Shown here: piece by piece, positions 45,363-57,243 of the stretch
Layout of the letters: every line of letters begins with the position of its first letter
Numbering within the stretch: the stretch's first letter is position 1
Assembly: GCA_013416795.1 (NCBI GenBank)
Contig: RQSC01000026.1
Span: forward strand, 517,812-581,811
From: Prasinococcaceae sp. CCMP 1430
Taxonomy: Eukaryota; Plantae; Prasinodermophyta
Direction: 5' to 3'
Length of the DNA stretch: 64,000 nucleotides
Notes under the pieces: model-generated
What the model saw: the letters and a program-made list of their open reading frames with translations, nothing else
Database searches by the model: none
Told to the model about the DNA's origin: nothing
Made by a program: the position numbers and the translations under genes

Positions 45363-46162
45363 GGGTGCCTTCGAGGCCCATCGCGACGTCTGGGCGTTCC
45401 AGCAGCGCCACCGCGCCGCCCTGCAGGAGGCAGGCCTCACGCGCGCTGACGTGGGCGAAATCGCGTCCAAAATCGGCCAGCTGTACTACAACTTCTACCT
45501 GCGCACGAGCGAGACGAAGTTCCTGCTCGAGTCGCTGACGTTCTACGAGGCCATCCGATCGAGGGGGTACTTGGACTCGCCGCCGGGCTCGAGCGTGGAC
45601 ATCAAGCTCGCGTCGAAGCAGCTGCGCTTCTACGCGCGCTTCGTGGTCGTCTGCCTGCTACTCAATCGCCACGAGCACGTTCAAGAGCTGCTCGGCGAGC
45701 TCGAAGGGCTCGCGGACGGCTTGCCCGAGGGTGCCGATGCGTCCGAGTGGTCCATGGTGGTGGAGGAGATCCGCAAATTCATGTGGGCGGACGACAAGCA
45801 CTCGCTGCCGCGCACGTCCGCGCCTCGCGGCCTGCGCGCCACACCGGGCGTGCACGGCACCTTCGGCGAGGCCGGCGGCTTCCGCGTGCGATCGGCGATC
45901 CTCGTGTCGTACTCGGACCAGCAGGTCAAGTTCTCCACTCTCACGCTCGACATGTACCGCATGCTGCAGGCGCTGGAGTGGGAGTGCGAGGGGAGCCCAG
46001 ACGGGGAAGGCGGCGCGTGGCAGACGAAGGATGCGGCCAACGGCTCGGCGGCGCCACTGACGCCCGCGCCCGCCGCCCGCGGCGCGGTCGCGCAGCAGAT
46101 GGCCACCCCACTGCCCGGAGAGGAGGACGCCGGCGCCGGCGGCGCGGGCGGCGCGGCCGACG
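45280..46162 (+). CDS. SCAI: SCAI (DUF3550) homologue; 3' part lost in the gap; alternative ATG at 45145
   Basis: [18 protein letters not shown]...GL, VGEIASKIGQLYYNFYLRTSETKFL, FYEAIRSRGY, KQLRFYARFVVVCLLLNR, VKFSTLTLDMYRMLQALEWE. Confidence 0.9.
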
Positions 46163-47936
46163 NNNNNNNNNNNNNNNNNNNNNNNNNNNNNNNNNNNNNN
46201 NNNNNNNNNNNNNNNNNNNNNNNNNNNNNNNNNNNNNNNNNNNNNNNNNNNNNNNNNNNNNNNNNNNNNNNNNNNNNNNNNNNNNNNNNNNNNNNNNNNN
46301 NNNNNNNNNNNNNNNNNNNNNNNNNNNNNNNNNNNNNNNNNNNNNNNNNNNNNNNNNNNNNNNNNNNNNNNNNNNNNNNNNNNNNNNNNNNNNNNNNNNN
46401 NNNNNNNNNNNNNNNNNNNNNNNNNNNNNNNNNNNNNNNNNNNNNNNNNNNNNNNNNNNNNNNNNNNNNNNNNNNNNNNNNNNNNNNNNNNNNNNNNNNN
46501 NNNNNNNNNNNNNNNNNNNNNNNNNNNNNNNNNNNNNNNNNNNNNNNNNNNNNNNNNNNNNNNNNNNNNNNNNNNNNNNNNNNNNNNNNNNNNNNNNNNN
46601 NNNNNNNNNNNNNNNNNNNNNNNNNNNNNNNNNNNNNNNNNNNNNNNNNNNNNNNNNNNNNNNNNNNNNNNNNNNNNNNNNNNNNNNNNNNNNNNNNNNN
46701 NNNNNNNNNNNNNNNNNNNNNNNNNNNNNNNNNNNNNNNNNNNNNNNNNNNNNNNNNNNNNNNNNNNNNNNNNNNNNNNNNNNNNNNNNNNNNNNNNNNN
46801 NNNNNNNNNNNNNNNNNNNNNNNNNNNNNNNNNNNNNNNNNNNNNNNNNNNNNNNNNNNNNNNNNNNNNNNNNNNNNNNNNNNNNNNNNNNNNNNNNNNN
46901 NNNNNNNNNNNNNNNNNNNNNNNNNNNNNNNNNNNNNNNNNNNNNNNNNNNNNNNNNNNNNNNNNNNNNNNNNNNNNNNNNNNNCGGCGCGCGCCGCGGC
47001 TGACCGCGGGCGGGCACGCGAGCGGGCGACGCGGTCGCCGCGTCGATTTAGGTTCGAATATATTAGGGTGAAGAAGTGTGTAGGGTTTAAAATTTCTCAT
47101 TGCATGTGCCTTATCAACGGTGTACGACGTCGTCTTCAATCAATCGGGTCTGTTTGTTTGTCGCGACTGTACGATGCTTTCGAGGAGTGCGCCAGGCGTG
47201 CGGCGCCACACCGCGCGCGCGGCGCGGCGCCAGTGTGCCGCCCCGTCCCACCTCACCGCCTGCCGAGCACACGCTGTAGGGAAGAGCAGGCCCGCGCTGC
47301 GCGTTGACTGGCCGCCGCCAAGTGCAGCGGCGGGGTCGTTGCGGGCAAAAGCGGCGAGCCATACTGCGTAAGGGGGGCAAGATGCGCGCGGCAACGGAGT
47401 GTGCGCTGCAAACACTCTGTATCGCGCGCCAAGTGCAAACAACGCTGTCAACGTGTGCGCAGCAACGTGTGCGCAGGCGTGCCACTCGTAGCCCGTGGCC
47501 CGTGCTGCGTGCGGCGGCGATACAAGGATGGTTTGCCGACCTCGAGAATTAGCAGTACGATGCAGCATGTTTGCGGGCACAGTACCCGGCACACGCACGC
47601 CGCGGTGTCGGTGACGGCGGCTTGCGGGCGCGTGTCGGCCACACCGTGCGCAACAAGCGCGTGCTGCTTGGACCGCCGCCCCCGCCAGCCCCCGCCCCGT
47701 AACGATGGGCCGTGCAGCCCCTCGCCCGGCACGCGCGCGCTGTGGCGCGCAGAAGCGCCGGCCCACACACCCCATCCAAGATCCCACGCACGCGGCGAGA
47801 ACACGTGCACACAAGCACGGACAGAGTGGTGACTGCGTGCCGCACACGGCAGTTAGGGGTAGGGTTGAGCTCTGCAGGGGTGGCAGTTTTGGTTTAGGAT
47901 TGAGGTATTAGGGTTTAATGTTTTGTTGTTTTTCTG

Positions 47937-48615
47937 CTACAGCTCCTGCTTGGCCGCTTGCTCCTTCGCCTTCTTCTCCGCTTTCTCCTTGCTCGCTCTG
48001 GCCTTGGCCTCCTTGGCCTTGGCAGCAGCAACCTCGGGGTCCTCGTAGAAGATCGCCCGGCCGCAGTGCTCCCCGGCATCGCACGGCCCGAGGCACTGAC
48101 ACTCGCCCGTCGAGGCCTGCGAGAGCATGTATATGTGGTCGAGGCTCTCCACCGTCCAGCCCGACCTCTTCAGGTTGCTGACCTTGCAGCTCAGGCCTTC
48201 GCATGCCCCGCCTGGCGTGTGCAGGACGCACTTGCACTGCGAGCCTTCTGCGCTGCCGCCCGCCGCCGCGACGGAGGTTCCCTCGTGCAAACTGTCGGCG
48301 CGCGGCCGCAGCGTGTGTGGGGAGGGGGTGGGGGTGGGGGGAGAAGAGGGGAGGGCCGTCAGTCGCTGCAGGGCACACCGCAGGATTCGATGCCGCGCGC
48401 CGGCGCACGCACCCGTTGAACCACACCGTGCATTTTTGCTCCGAGCACGCGCTGCTGCTGCCCGCGCCCGTGCCCACCCCTGTCCCCGCTCCTGTCCCGG
48501 CATCGGCAGCGGCCGTGCCGGCGAGGCCCGCGGACGCGACCGCCACCGCCACTATCGCCGCCGCGATCGCGCCTGTCGAAGCAACAGCCACCCCCCGCGC
48601 GCGCCCGCGCGTCAT
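47937..48615 (-). CDS. Small secretory-pathway Cys-rich protein ending in KQEL; intron 48292-48412
   Basis: Hydrophobic signal (AIAAAIVAVAVASAG), spliced CTVWFNG|LHEG in phase 2, about 9 Cys, K/A/E-rich tail, C-terminus KQEL*. Confidence 0.65.
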
Positions 48616-49339
48616 CGCCGCGCCCCCGCGCGAGCGCGTCCAAGGCGCACTCGCGCGAGGCCAGGCCAGCTGATTATTCCCCTTCCCCCCTTCCCCTCCC
48701 CCTCCCAAGCCTCCCCTCCTCGCCCGTCCCCCCTCGCGCCCGATCGGCGCGCGAGCGGTGTGTGGCGCGGCGACCGCACCTGTCTGCTGCGCGGGTCGGC
48801 AGACGGAGCTTCGCCACGCATCATCTCAATCAATCCCTGTTCCCCCCCCCCCTCGATCGACACACACACGCCCCGCCGCGACCCCTCGGGGTCGATCGTC
48901 GCCTCCGAACCCGTCATCGGATCCAAAACTCCGCGCGCCGCCGCCGCCGCCCCCGCCGGCCGGGGCCGGGGCCGGCGGCNNNNNNNNNNNNNNNNNNNNN
49001 NNNNNNNNNNNNNNNNNNNNNNNNNNNNNNNNNNNNNNNNNNNNNNNNNNNNNNNNNNNNNNNNNNNNNNNNNNNNNNNNNNNNNNNNNNNNNNNNNNNN
49101 NNNNNNNNNNNNNNNNNNNNNNNNNNNNNNNNNNNNNNNNNNNNNNNNNNNNNNNNNNNNNNNNNNNNNNNNNNNNNNNNNNNNNNNNNNNNNNNNNNNN
49201 NNNNNNNNNNNNNNNNNNNNNNNNNNNNNNNNNNNNNNNNNNNNNNNNNNNNNNNNNNNNNNNNNNNNNNNNNNNNNNNNNNNNNNNNNNNNNNNNNNNN
49301 NNNNNNNNNNNNNNNNNNNNNCGGGCGCGCACGGCGGCG

Positions 49340-50698
49340 ATGGCCGCGACGGCGCCCGCGGCGGACGAGGCCGCCGGCGCGCGCTACGCGCTGCCGTCGT
49401 ACCGGCTGTCGGAGCTGAGCGAGGAGGAGGTCGCCAAGCTGCTGCAGCGCCCGCGCATCGACTTCACCTCCATCTTCGGCCGCGTGCAGCCCATCGTCGA
49501 CGACGTGGGCGCGCGCGGCGACGCGGCCGTGGCGGACTACACGTCCAAGTTCGACGGCGTCGACCTCGACGCGGTGTGCGTCCCCGTGTCGTCGCTGCCC
49601 GAGCCCGAGCTCGAGCCCACCATCAAAGCCGCCTTCGACGTGGCCTTCAGCAACATCAAGGCCTTCCACGAGGCGCAGAAGACCGAGATGCCCACCGTCG
49701 AGACCATGCCGGGCGTGCGCTGCGGCCGCGTGAGCCGCGCGATCGACCGCGTCGGCCTGTACGTGCCCGGCGGCACGGCGGTGCTGCCCTCGACCGCGCT
49801 CATGCTCGCGGTGCCGGCGATGATTGCGGGCTGCGAGACCGTCGTGCTGGCCACGCCCCCGCGCAAGGACGGCACCGTCTGCCCTGAGGTGGTGTACTGC
49901 GCGAAGAAAGCCGGCGTGACGCACGTGCTCAAGGCCGGCGGCGCGCAGGCGGTCGCCGCGATGTCGTGGGGCACGGAGACGTGCCCCAAGGTGGACAAGG
50001 TGTTCGGCCCGGGGAACCAGTACGTCACGGCCGCCAAGATGATTCTGCAGAACTCGGAGGCCACCATCTCCATCGACATGCCTGCGGGCCCCAGCGAGGT
50101 GCTCGTCATCGCCGACGGCGAGGCCGACCTCAGCTTCGTCGCCGCCGACCTGCTCTCGCAGGCCGAGCACGGACCGGACTCGCAGGTGGTGCTGTGTGCG
50201 GTGGGCATGGACGTGGGGGCGCTTGAGGCTGAGGTCGCCCGCCAGGCCGATGCGCTGCCGCGCGCAGACATCACCGCCAAGGCGCTCGGCCACTCGTACG
50301 TGGTCGAGTGCGACACGATGGAGGATGCCGTCGCCTTCTCCAACCGCTACGCGCCGGAGCACCTCATCGTCAACGTGGTGGACGCGGACAAGTACACCGA
50401 CTCGTTCACAAACGCGGGCAGCATCTTCGTCGGGCAGTGGACGCCCGAGAGCGTGGGCGACTACGCGAGCGGCACCAACCACGTGTTGCCCACGTACGGG
50501 TACGCGCGCATGTACGGCGGCGTCTCGCTCGACGCGTTCGTCAAGAAGATCACGGTGCAGAGCCTGTCCGCGGAGGGCATTGTCAACCTTGGGCCGCACG
50601 TTGAGGCGATGGCTGCTGTGGAGGGTCTGGATGCACACAAGAACGCGGTGACGCTGCGCTTGGCCAAGGCGCGGGAGGAGGTCGCCAGCGAGCAATAG
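49340..50698 (+). CDS. HISD: Histidinol dehydrogenase; transit peptide probably in the upstream gap
   Basis: [83 protein letters not shown]. Confidence 0.97.
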   Translation: MAATAPAADEAAGARYALPSYRLSELSEEEVAKLLQRPRIDFTSIFGRVQPIVDDVGARGDAAVADYTSKFDGVDLDAVCVPVSSLPEPELEPTIKAAFDVAFSNIKAFHEAQKTEMPTVETMPGVRCGRVSRAIDRVGLYVPGGTAVLPSTALMLAVPAMIAGCETVVLATPPRKDGTVCPEVVYCAKKAGVTHVLKAGGAQAVAAMSWGTETCPKVDKVFGPGNQYVTAAKMILQNSEATISIDMPAGPSEVLVIADGEADLSFVAADLLSQAEHGPDSQVVLCAVGMDVGALEAEVARQADALPRADITAKALGHSYVVECDTMEDAVAFSNRYAPEHLIVNVVDADKYTDSFTNAGSIFVGQWTPESVGDYASGTNHVLPTYGYARMYGGVSLDAFVKKITVQSLSAEGIVNLGPHVEAMAAVEGLDAHKNAVTLRLAKAREEVASEQ

Positions 50699-50902
50699 CG
50701 AGGTCGCCTGCAAGCAACGGTTTTGTACACCCAGTAAACTTTTGATAGCCTAGCATGGCAGCGTTCTTGACACCTCTCGCTGTACACTCGAGGCTGCGCG
50801 CGCGCGGCAGCGAGCACCGCACACGTGTCTCGCTCAACCCACGTCGCTGCAGTGGATGAGTGTGTGATTCTGGTGTGTTTCTTACAAAATCTCCGCGACG
50901 TG

Positions 50903-52579
50903 TCAGTAGTTCGAGTGAATCGCGTGACGGGCCTTCCCGTGCCCCAGCATGGGTGCCTCCACGTCTTCCGTTTCCCCGTCGTCTTCCAGCACGAAGGTGT
51001 TATCCGCCATACCGCTTGCCACATGCGACGTCACCGCATCGCCACCCGCAGAGCCCGCACTCTTGCTGAGCTCGCCGCGCTCGTATCTTTCGAGCTTCCA
51101 ACGCGAGAAGCACGCCACGCCAAAAATGACCACCACCAATCCCAGGACGTTCACGGGCGTGAGCTCGTCGCCGTACACGCCCATCGACACCATTATGGTG
51201 AAGACCTGCGGGACGAGTGGAAACATGCACGTGGCAGAACATGAGTGGGGACGTCAGGATGCGCTCGGGCTCTCGGCCAGACCATGCCAGCGCGCCTGTG
51301 CGCGCTGGGCCGCGCGACCGCACGCACCTCTTTGCACACGCCCGCGACGGTGACGGTCACCGCCGACGTGTCGCATACCAGCTTGAACTCGGCCGAGGTC
51401 ATGATGAAAGCGAGCACGGCTCCCACACCAACGAGCAGCAGTGTCTCCACGAAGTTGCTCATGCTCGAAGTGTACCAGCTGCCCCCGAAAGCCGACCAGG
51501 GTCGCTCGATCACGATGCTCGCAACGAGGACCGTGACCGCCATCACTGGCATGAGCATCACCAGCGAAGCCAGAGGCGTCGTGATACCCAGGTCCTGCCT
51601 CGCCACCATCTTCTGCATGAGCACCCATCGCGCGCCGCTCATCGCGCTCGCACTCATGACCAGCACGAAGCCGCCTGGACGGCGATTTTGCGGGCGCGTG
51701 CACGAGGTCAGCACGGGCGCAACGGGCGCGAGCCATCCCACGCCGCGAGCGCATCGCCTGGGCAGCGCGCACGCAGCGCGGGGGTGCGCGCGCGCGGCAG
51801 CGCATCGCACCGAGGTGGAACTGCGTCTCGCCGGCGACTGTCAGCACCACGCCCAGGCAGATCGTCGCGATGATGCCGGCAAGCGCCCAGTTTGGCTTCT
51901 CAACGCGCGCGAGAAAGGCGAAGAGCAGCAGAAACGCCGGCGAGGAGCTCTTGCACATCGTATAGAAGCTCACGGTGATGTACACGAGCGCAAGGTTCGA
52001 GGCGCCGATGTCTATGCCGGTGCACACGCCCGTCGGCGCCACGCCGGACAGGAACTCCTCCCAGCCCAGCTCGCGATGCGGGCGCTGGCCGGCGCACGCG
52101 GTCAGGCGCAGCACACCGGCGGCCAAGAGATACTGGTACAGAAACTGCAGCGCCGTCATCAGCAGCGGAGCGGGGAACGCGCCTCGATGCGAGCCGACCA
52201 ACCCGCGGTTGAAGATGCTCAGCGCCGCGCTGCACGCAAACCACACGGCCGCGACGAGCACGTTCCTCGAGACGGTGAACGCCAGTGCCTTTCGCGATCT
52301 GCCACCGCCCTGCGCGAATGCCGCCTTCGAACCCCCGAAATCTGCCCCTCCATGCCGCCCGAGCGCCCTGCGCGCCACGCGCTGCCTGCGCCAGCGCTGC
52401 AGCCTGAGCGCTACCGCTCGCAGCCGCGAGAAGCGCTTGCGAGCGACGAAGCGCCGCGCGAAGCGCTGCAGCGTCACGGCGGCCTCGCGCTCGCGCGCGG
52501 CGGCCGCCGCGGCGGCATCGTTGCTCGCGTGTGGCGACAGCGACGATTCCTGCGGCGGCTGGCCGTCTGCGACGGCCAT
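50903..52579 (-). CDS. SLC35C2-like nucleotide-sugar/TPT-family transporter with N-terminal IQ-like motifs; exons 51811-52579, 51328-51674, 50903-51205
   Basis: LSIFNR..., FPAPLLMTALQF, VAPTGVCTGIDIGASN, ITVSFYTMCKSSSPAFLLLFAF...EKP | GGFVLVMSASAMSGARW...TSAVTVTVAGVCKE | VFTI...GDELTPVNVLG. Splice phases are consistent. Confidence 0.88.
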
Positions 52580-53970
52580 GGCCACTGTGGCACGGACAAG
52601 TGAGTGTGCGCGACCACGCTGCCAAGCCGACACCACATACGCCCCGGCAGCAGCAACCGAGCGCGAGACATGAGAGAAGATGCGATAACGCAGGGTCCAC
52701 TCTTTCAAAAATGATAATCAATGAGTATCAAAATTCTGCGGACTGTTGAGGTTTTGTGTCGCAACCATAAATCGCGCCCACGTCAAATCCAGTCGGTGGA
52801 GGGCCACCCCGCTTGCTTGGCGCACACACCAACCCGTCCGGTCTTGTAGCACCAGGCGCGCGTGCGAGTTCGTTTGCTCCCGCGCCCAGCACGCGTGCGC
52901 GCCCATCGCCGCCCAAAGCGGCTCATGCAGAGCCCAGGGAGCGCAGGGAGGCGCCAACGTGCCAAAACAACGGCGCAAGGACCTTTCACCCAGCTGGCAC
53001 GGACAATTGTCGGGCTCGCGCGCTTCAGGATCGCGGACCAGTGCAGAGCGCCGTGGAGCATTCGGCGCGCATGCGGTGAGCCAGCGAAGGCGAGCAGCGG
53101 ACAGTTCGAGGAACTTGGGGAGCCGTCCGCCCATCGCACGCCCACTTCCCGCACGTCCAGTACCCGCAAGCCCTACGTCTCATACAAGGAGACGCGGCTG
53201 GCACTCACAGCGAGTGTACATCGAGCATAGACATTATCACAAGCGCAGCAGCGTGCGGCGCGTCGCCTTTACTCCCAAGCGATACATTCCCTTCACGGCG
53301 AGAAGAACAGTGGCGGGCCTCGGGCCGTGTCAGCTCACTATTCACATGAGCTAGGCCAGCCAAGCGCGGCACACAGGACACGCCGCGTCCGTTGCGTCTG
53401 CTGACAGCACAACCGGTGCGCCATCGGACCGCGCGCGAGCAGGCTACCCACAACCGCGCTGTGGCAATCGCGCTCAGGCAGCGTCGGCCGCCAGGCACCC
53501 GCCCGTCGACGCGTTGTAGCATCGCCTACGCGCCGAGGACGTTGCTGCGTCCGCTCCGCGCGCCATCCCGCGCTGACTGAAGGTCGACAAAGTAGTGACG
53601 CGCTCAGTCATGCAAACTCGCGCGGCGGAGCCTCTTCCAGACTCTGTCCTCGGCGCCCCTCGCATGTCCGCCGCAGCGCCTCGCCAGAGCATCGGCACTG
53701 CTCTACGATTTTCGTTTTTTTTTTTTTTTGCGCACGTTCGCGCGCGCGCGTCGAGACCCGCGCGGGCGCCTCTCCCCGCGCGCGCAGCCCAGCCCACTCC
53801 CCACCACGCGCGCGCGCCCTGCAGTACTCAACCCTCCGTCCTGAGTCACGCCCATCCACTCATCGGCGTGCGCGCGCGGCGTGCGCGGCGCGCGGCGCGC
53901 CAGTCGCACCTTGAGGTCCGTGTCGGCGCGCGCGCGCGCGATGCCCTAGTGTTGCGCCCCACCCGAAAAA

Positions 53971-54351
53971 TTAATCGCCCTTCCTGCGGAACGAGCAGCC
54001 CTCAGTAAGGCGCGCGCGGCCGCCGGTCGGCTGGCACAGCACCGCGTTGCAGCTGCCGCAGAGCACCACGGTCTGCGAGTGCGAGAACACCGTGGTACTG
54101 CAGGTGTCGCGCGGCGCGGGCGTGTCAGCGCAGCCCTCCCGCGCGCGGCGCTCGGCGCCAAAAAAAAAAAAAAGGACAGCCGCCGGCTCTCTCGCGGCGC
54201 CGCGCGCCGCGACGCACATGTTGAAGCAGCCCTGGCACTTGACGTCCATGAAGAACGAGTTGGGCGACTGCACGAGGCGCTTGAGCTTGTGCTTCGACTT
54301 CTCGAGCTCGGCGGGCGGGTTGAGCAGGTCGATGTCCGACTGGAGCGGCAT
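53971..54351 (-). CDS. RPS27: 40S ribosomal protein S27; intron 54098-54217
   Basis: [38 protein letters not shown] | [16 protein letters not shown]...[20 protein letters not shown]. Confidence 0.98.
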   Translation of the reverse strand: MPLQSDIDLLNPPAELEKSKHKLKRLVQSPNSFFMDVKCQGCFNMCVAARGAAREPAAVLFFFFGAERRAREGCADTPAPRDTCSTTVFSHSQTVVLCGSCNAVLCQPTGGRARLTEGCSFRRKGD

Positions 54352-55126
54352 GGTGTCTGCAGGGAGGCGGGGCGGTGCGCGCGCTGTGGCGCGGCCCCGA
54401 GCGCGCGCGCCTGTCCGAGCGCATGCGCTTTGATGTAGCCGCCGCGCAGCAGCCGCCCGCGCGCGCGATCGCGCCGGCCAGCGGCAATGCGTTCTGATAC
54501 CGCCCGCCGGCTGACCTCGCTTTCGCATGCGCTCCCGCGGGGGCGGCACAGCACATACGCGCGCATGCGAGAGCGCGCGCGCACGCGCATGCGTTCCATT
54601 GAATCCGCTTTCGCCATCAAACGTAATGGCGGGCACGGGGGGTGGGGGCGGGGAGTTTTTCGGCGCGGCGTTCCGCGGATTCGCACCGAGGACGCGCGCG
54701 GCAAACGCACAAAAACGGTGCATCCGCGGGTGCAGAGCGTTGGCGGAGGCGACGGAGACGCACCGACGAAATAGGCATCCGCGGGAACGAGGATACGCGC
54801 AGCGATCTGTTTTTTTTTTTTCCTTGTCCAGCTGGGCGCTCGCCGCGGGACCCGGCAAATGAAAGGGTCCCGGGTGACATGCAATTGAGTTCAAAAGGCG
54901 CGCGCGTATAATTGGGGTTTTCCTCGGCGCGCGGCGACCGCTGAACACAAATTCAGATCAAAATCGAGATGATCGAGGGTGCAGCGGGGGATGGAGGTTT
55001 GGGTTTGAGCGGTCAACTGCAACTGGCGTCGGCGTCGGGCGCGGCCGTGCGGCGGCCAGCGGGCGCAGCGTGACAGAGAGCGCGCCGCCGACGCGCGCCC
55101 CTCGCCCCTCCAGCAGGCGGCGAGCG

Positions 55127-56765
55127 ATGTTCTGCGCGATATCGGGCGCGGCGCCCGAGGACGCGGTGATCAGCACCAAGAGCGGCCACCTCTTCGAGCG
55201 CCGCCTCGTGGAGAAGTACATCGCGGTGCGCAGCGCGCGGCGCCGCGCGGGCGGGCGCGCCCGGCGCACGGTGGCAACCCTAACGAACAGCACTGCGTGC
55301 GCCCCATGTCTGCGCGCGCGCGCTCGCGCGCGCGCCGCGGGCGACGTGCCCTGGTATCTGACGCCCGCACGCGCGTGCGTCGACCGTGCAGGAGCACGGC
55401 AAGTGCCCGGTGACACAGCAGGAGCTCACTGCGGATGATCTCCTGGCGGTGAAGACGAACCGCGCCGTCGCGCCGCGCCCGGCGGCGGCGGCGTCTTTCC
55501 CGGGGCTGCTGCGCTGCCTCGCGAGCGAATGGGATGGGATAATGGTGGAGGCCTACGAGCTGCGCCAGCAGCTCGATACGGCGAGGCAAGAGCTGAGCCA
55601 CGCGCTGTACCAGCACGACGCCGCGTGCCGCGTCATCGCACGCCTGACCAAGGAGCGCGACGAGGCACGCGCGGCCGCCGCGAGCAGCTCCGTGGCGGTC
55701 AAGCGCGCCGCCGAGGAGGACGGCGCGCCCGCAGCGAAGCGCGCAAAGACCGGTGGGCGCCTTGAGGCGCTCATGGCGGCCATCCAGGCCAAGGCCGCCG
55801 AGCTGCAGGGATGGCGCAAGAAGCGCGAGCTGCCGGAGGGCACGCCAGCTGCTGACGCATTTGCTGGGTACGATGCGGAGAAGTCCAAACCGCTGCACAA
55901 GACGACAACACCGGGCGTGCGCTGCCTCGACTGCGGCGCCAGCGCCGAGGGCGCGCAGCTGTCGCTGTCGGGCGGTGAGGACGGCCAGGCTGTGCTGCTA
56001 GACGTGGGGGCAGGCAAGATCGCGGGGACCCTCAAGGGGCACAAGGGGGCGGTGACGGCCGCGAGATTAGTTGGTGGGGGGGATCAGGTGCTGACGGGCG
56101 GTGCGGACGGCACCGTGCGGCTGTGGAGTGCAAAGGGTGGGAAATGGGCGCAGGTGGCCTCCGCCGACGCGCACGAGGGCGGCGTGACTGCGATCAGCGT
56201 GCACCCGACGGGCGAGGCGTTCCTGACTGCAGGTGCAGATGGCACGTGGGCTCTTTTCGACCTGGCGTCGATGGAAGAGCAGCTGAGGGCGAAGTGCAGC
56301 GCGGTCGTCACCTCTGCGGTGTTCCATCCCGATGGCCTGCTTGTCCTGGCGGGCTGTGCCGACGGCAAGCTGCGCATGGTCGACCTCAAGTCGCAGGGGG
56401 AGGCGGCCGCGATCGACGCGCACGGCGGCGCAGTGGTGTGTGTGTCGGCGAGCGAAAACGGGTACCACGTGGCGACAGCGGGGCCGGAGGGCGTCAGGGT
56501 GTGGGACCTGCGCAAGCTGAAGCAACTCGCGTCGCTGGACGTGGGCGGCGCGGGCTCGAGCGTGGCCTTCGACCCTTCAGGCCTCTTCCTGGCTGCCGCG
56601 GGAGCCGGCGCGCTCAAGGTATTCGGCGCCAAGCAAAAGTGGGCGACGCTCAAGGAGTGGGCCGCCGAGGGCGGCGTGTCGGCATGCGCCTTCGGCCCGG
56701 CTGCTTCCTTCGTGGCGTCGGGCTCGGCCGGCGAGCGGCACGTGCGCACGCGCTCGGCCGCATAG
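55127..56765 (+). CDS. PRP19: Pre-mRNA processing factor 19 (U-box, coiled coil, WD40); intron 55226-55391
   Basis: MFCAISG..PE..VIS.KSGHLFERRLVEKYI | GKCPVT, EWDGIMVE, RQELSHALYQHDAACRVIARL, followed by WD40 repeats. Confidence 0.97.
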
Positions 56766-57243
56766 GCGCTTGTAGCGCGCTGCTGCGCCAGGTAACCACC
56801 GGCAAGTGTGACAGCGTGACACCCACCCACCCCTGCGTTGCGCGCCCTGCGGGTGCGGTATCGACTTGCGCGCCTTTCTGCCGGCGTGGTGTCTTGGTCT
56901 CGACGTGCGCCGCCGTCGCGTCTGAAATTCGAGTCGGGCCGGAGAACCTGCGGATTAGATTTCAAACGGGAATCGGCGCGCAATGCCGCGGCGCGATTGC
57001 GGCAGAAAGCATCACCATATATCGGCCCGTGCGCACGCGCGGGTCGGCATTTTTACGCTCCGTCGAATCTACTGTGCGCGCGCGCGCGCGCGCGCGAGCG
57101 CAGGAGACATGCGCAGGCGCCACACTGCGCCCGTGCCGGGGTGGCGTGCGGACAGCGCGCGAGGCTTGCAGGCGGGATTCGGGTGCGAGAGTGCGCCGCA
57201 CGCCGTCTCGCTCGAGCCCGGGGGCCCGAGCGGCGTGCGCGCC

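Noticed and set aside
23479-55391. Introner-type repetitive introns
   Set aside because: The introns share only splice and branch signals; no extended sequence similarity or TSD/TIR was seen between them.
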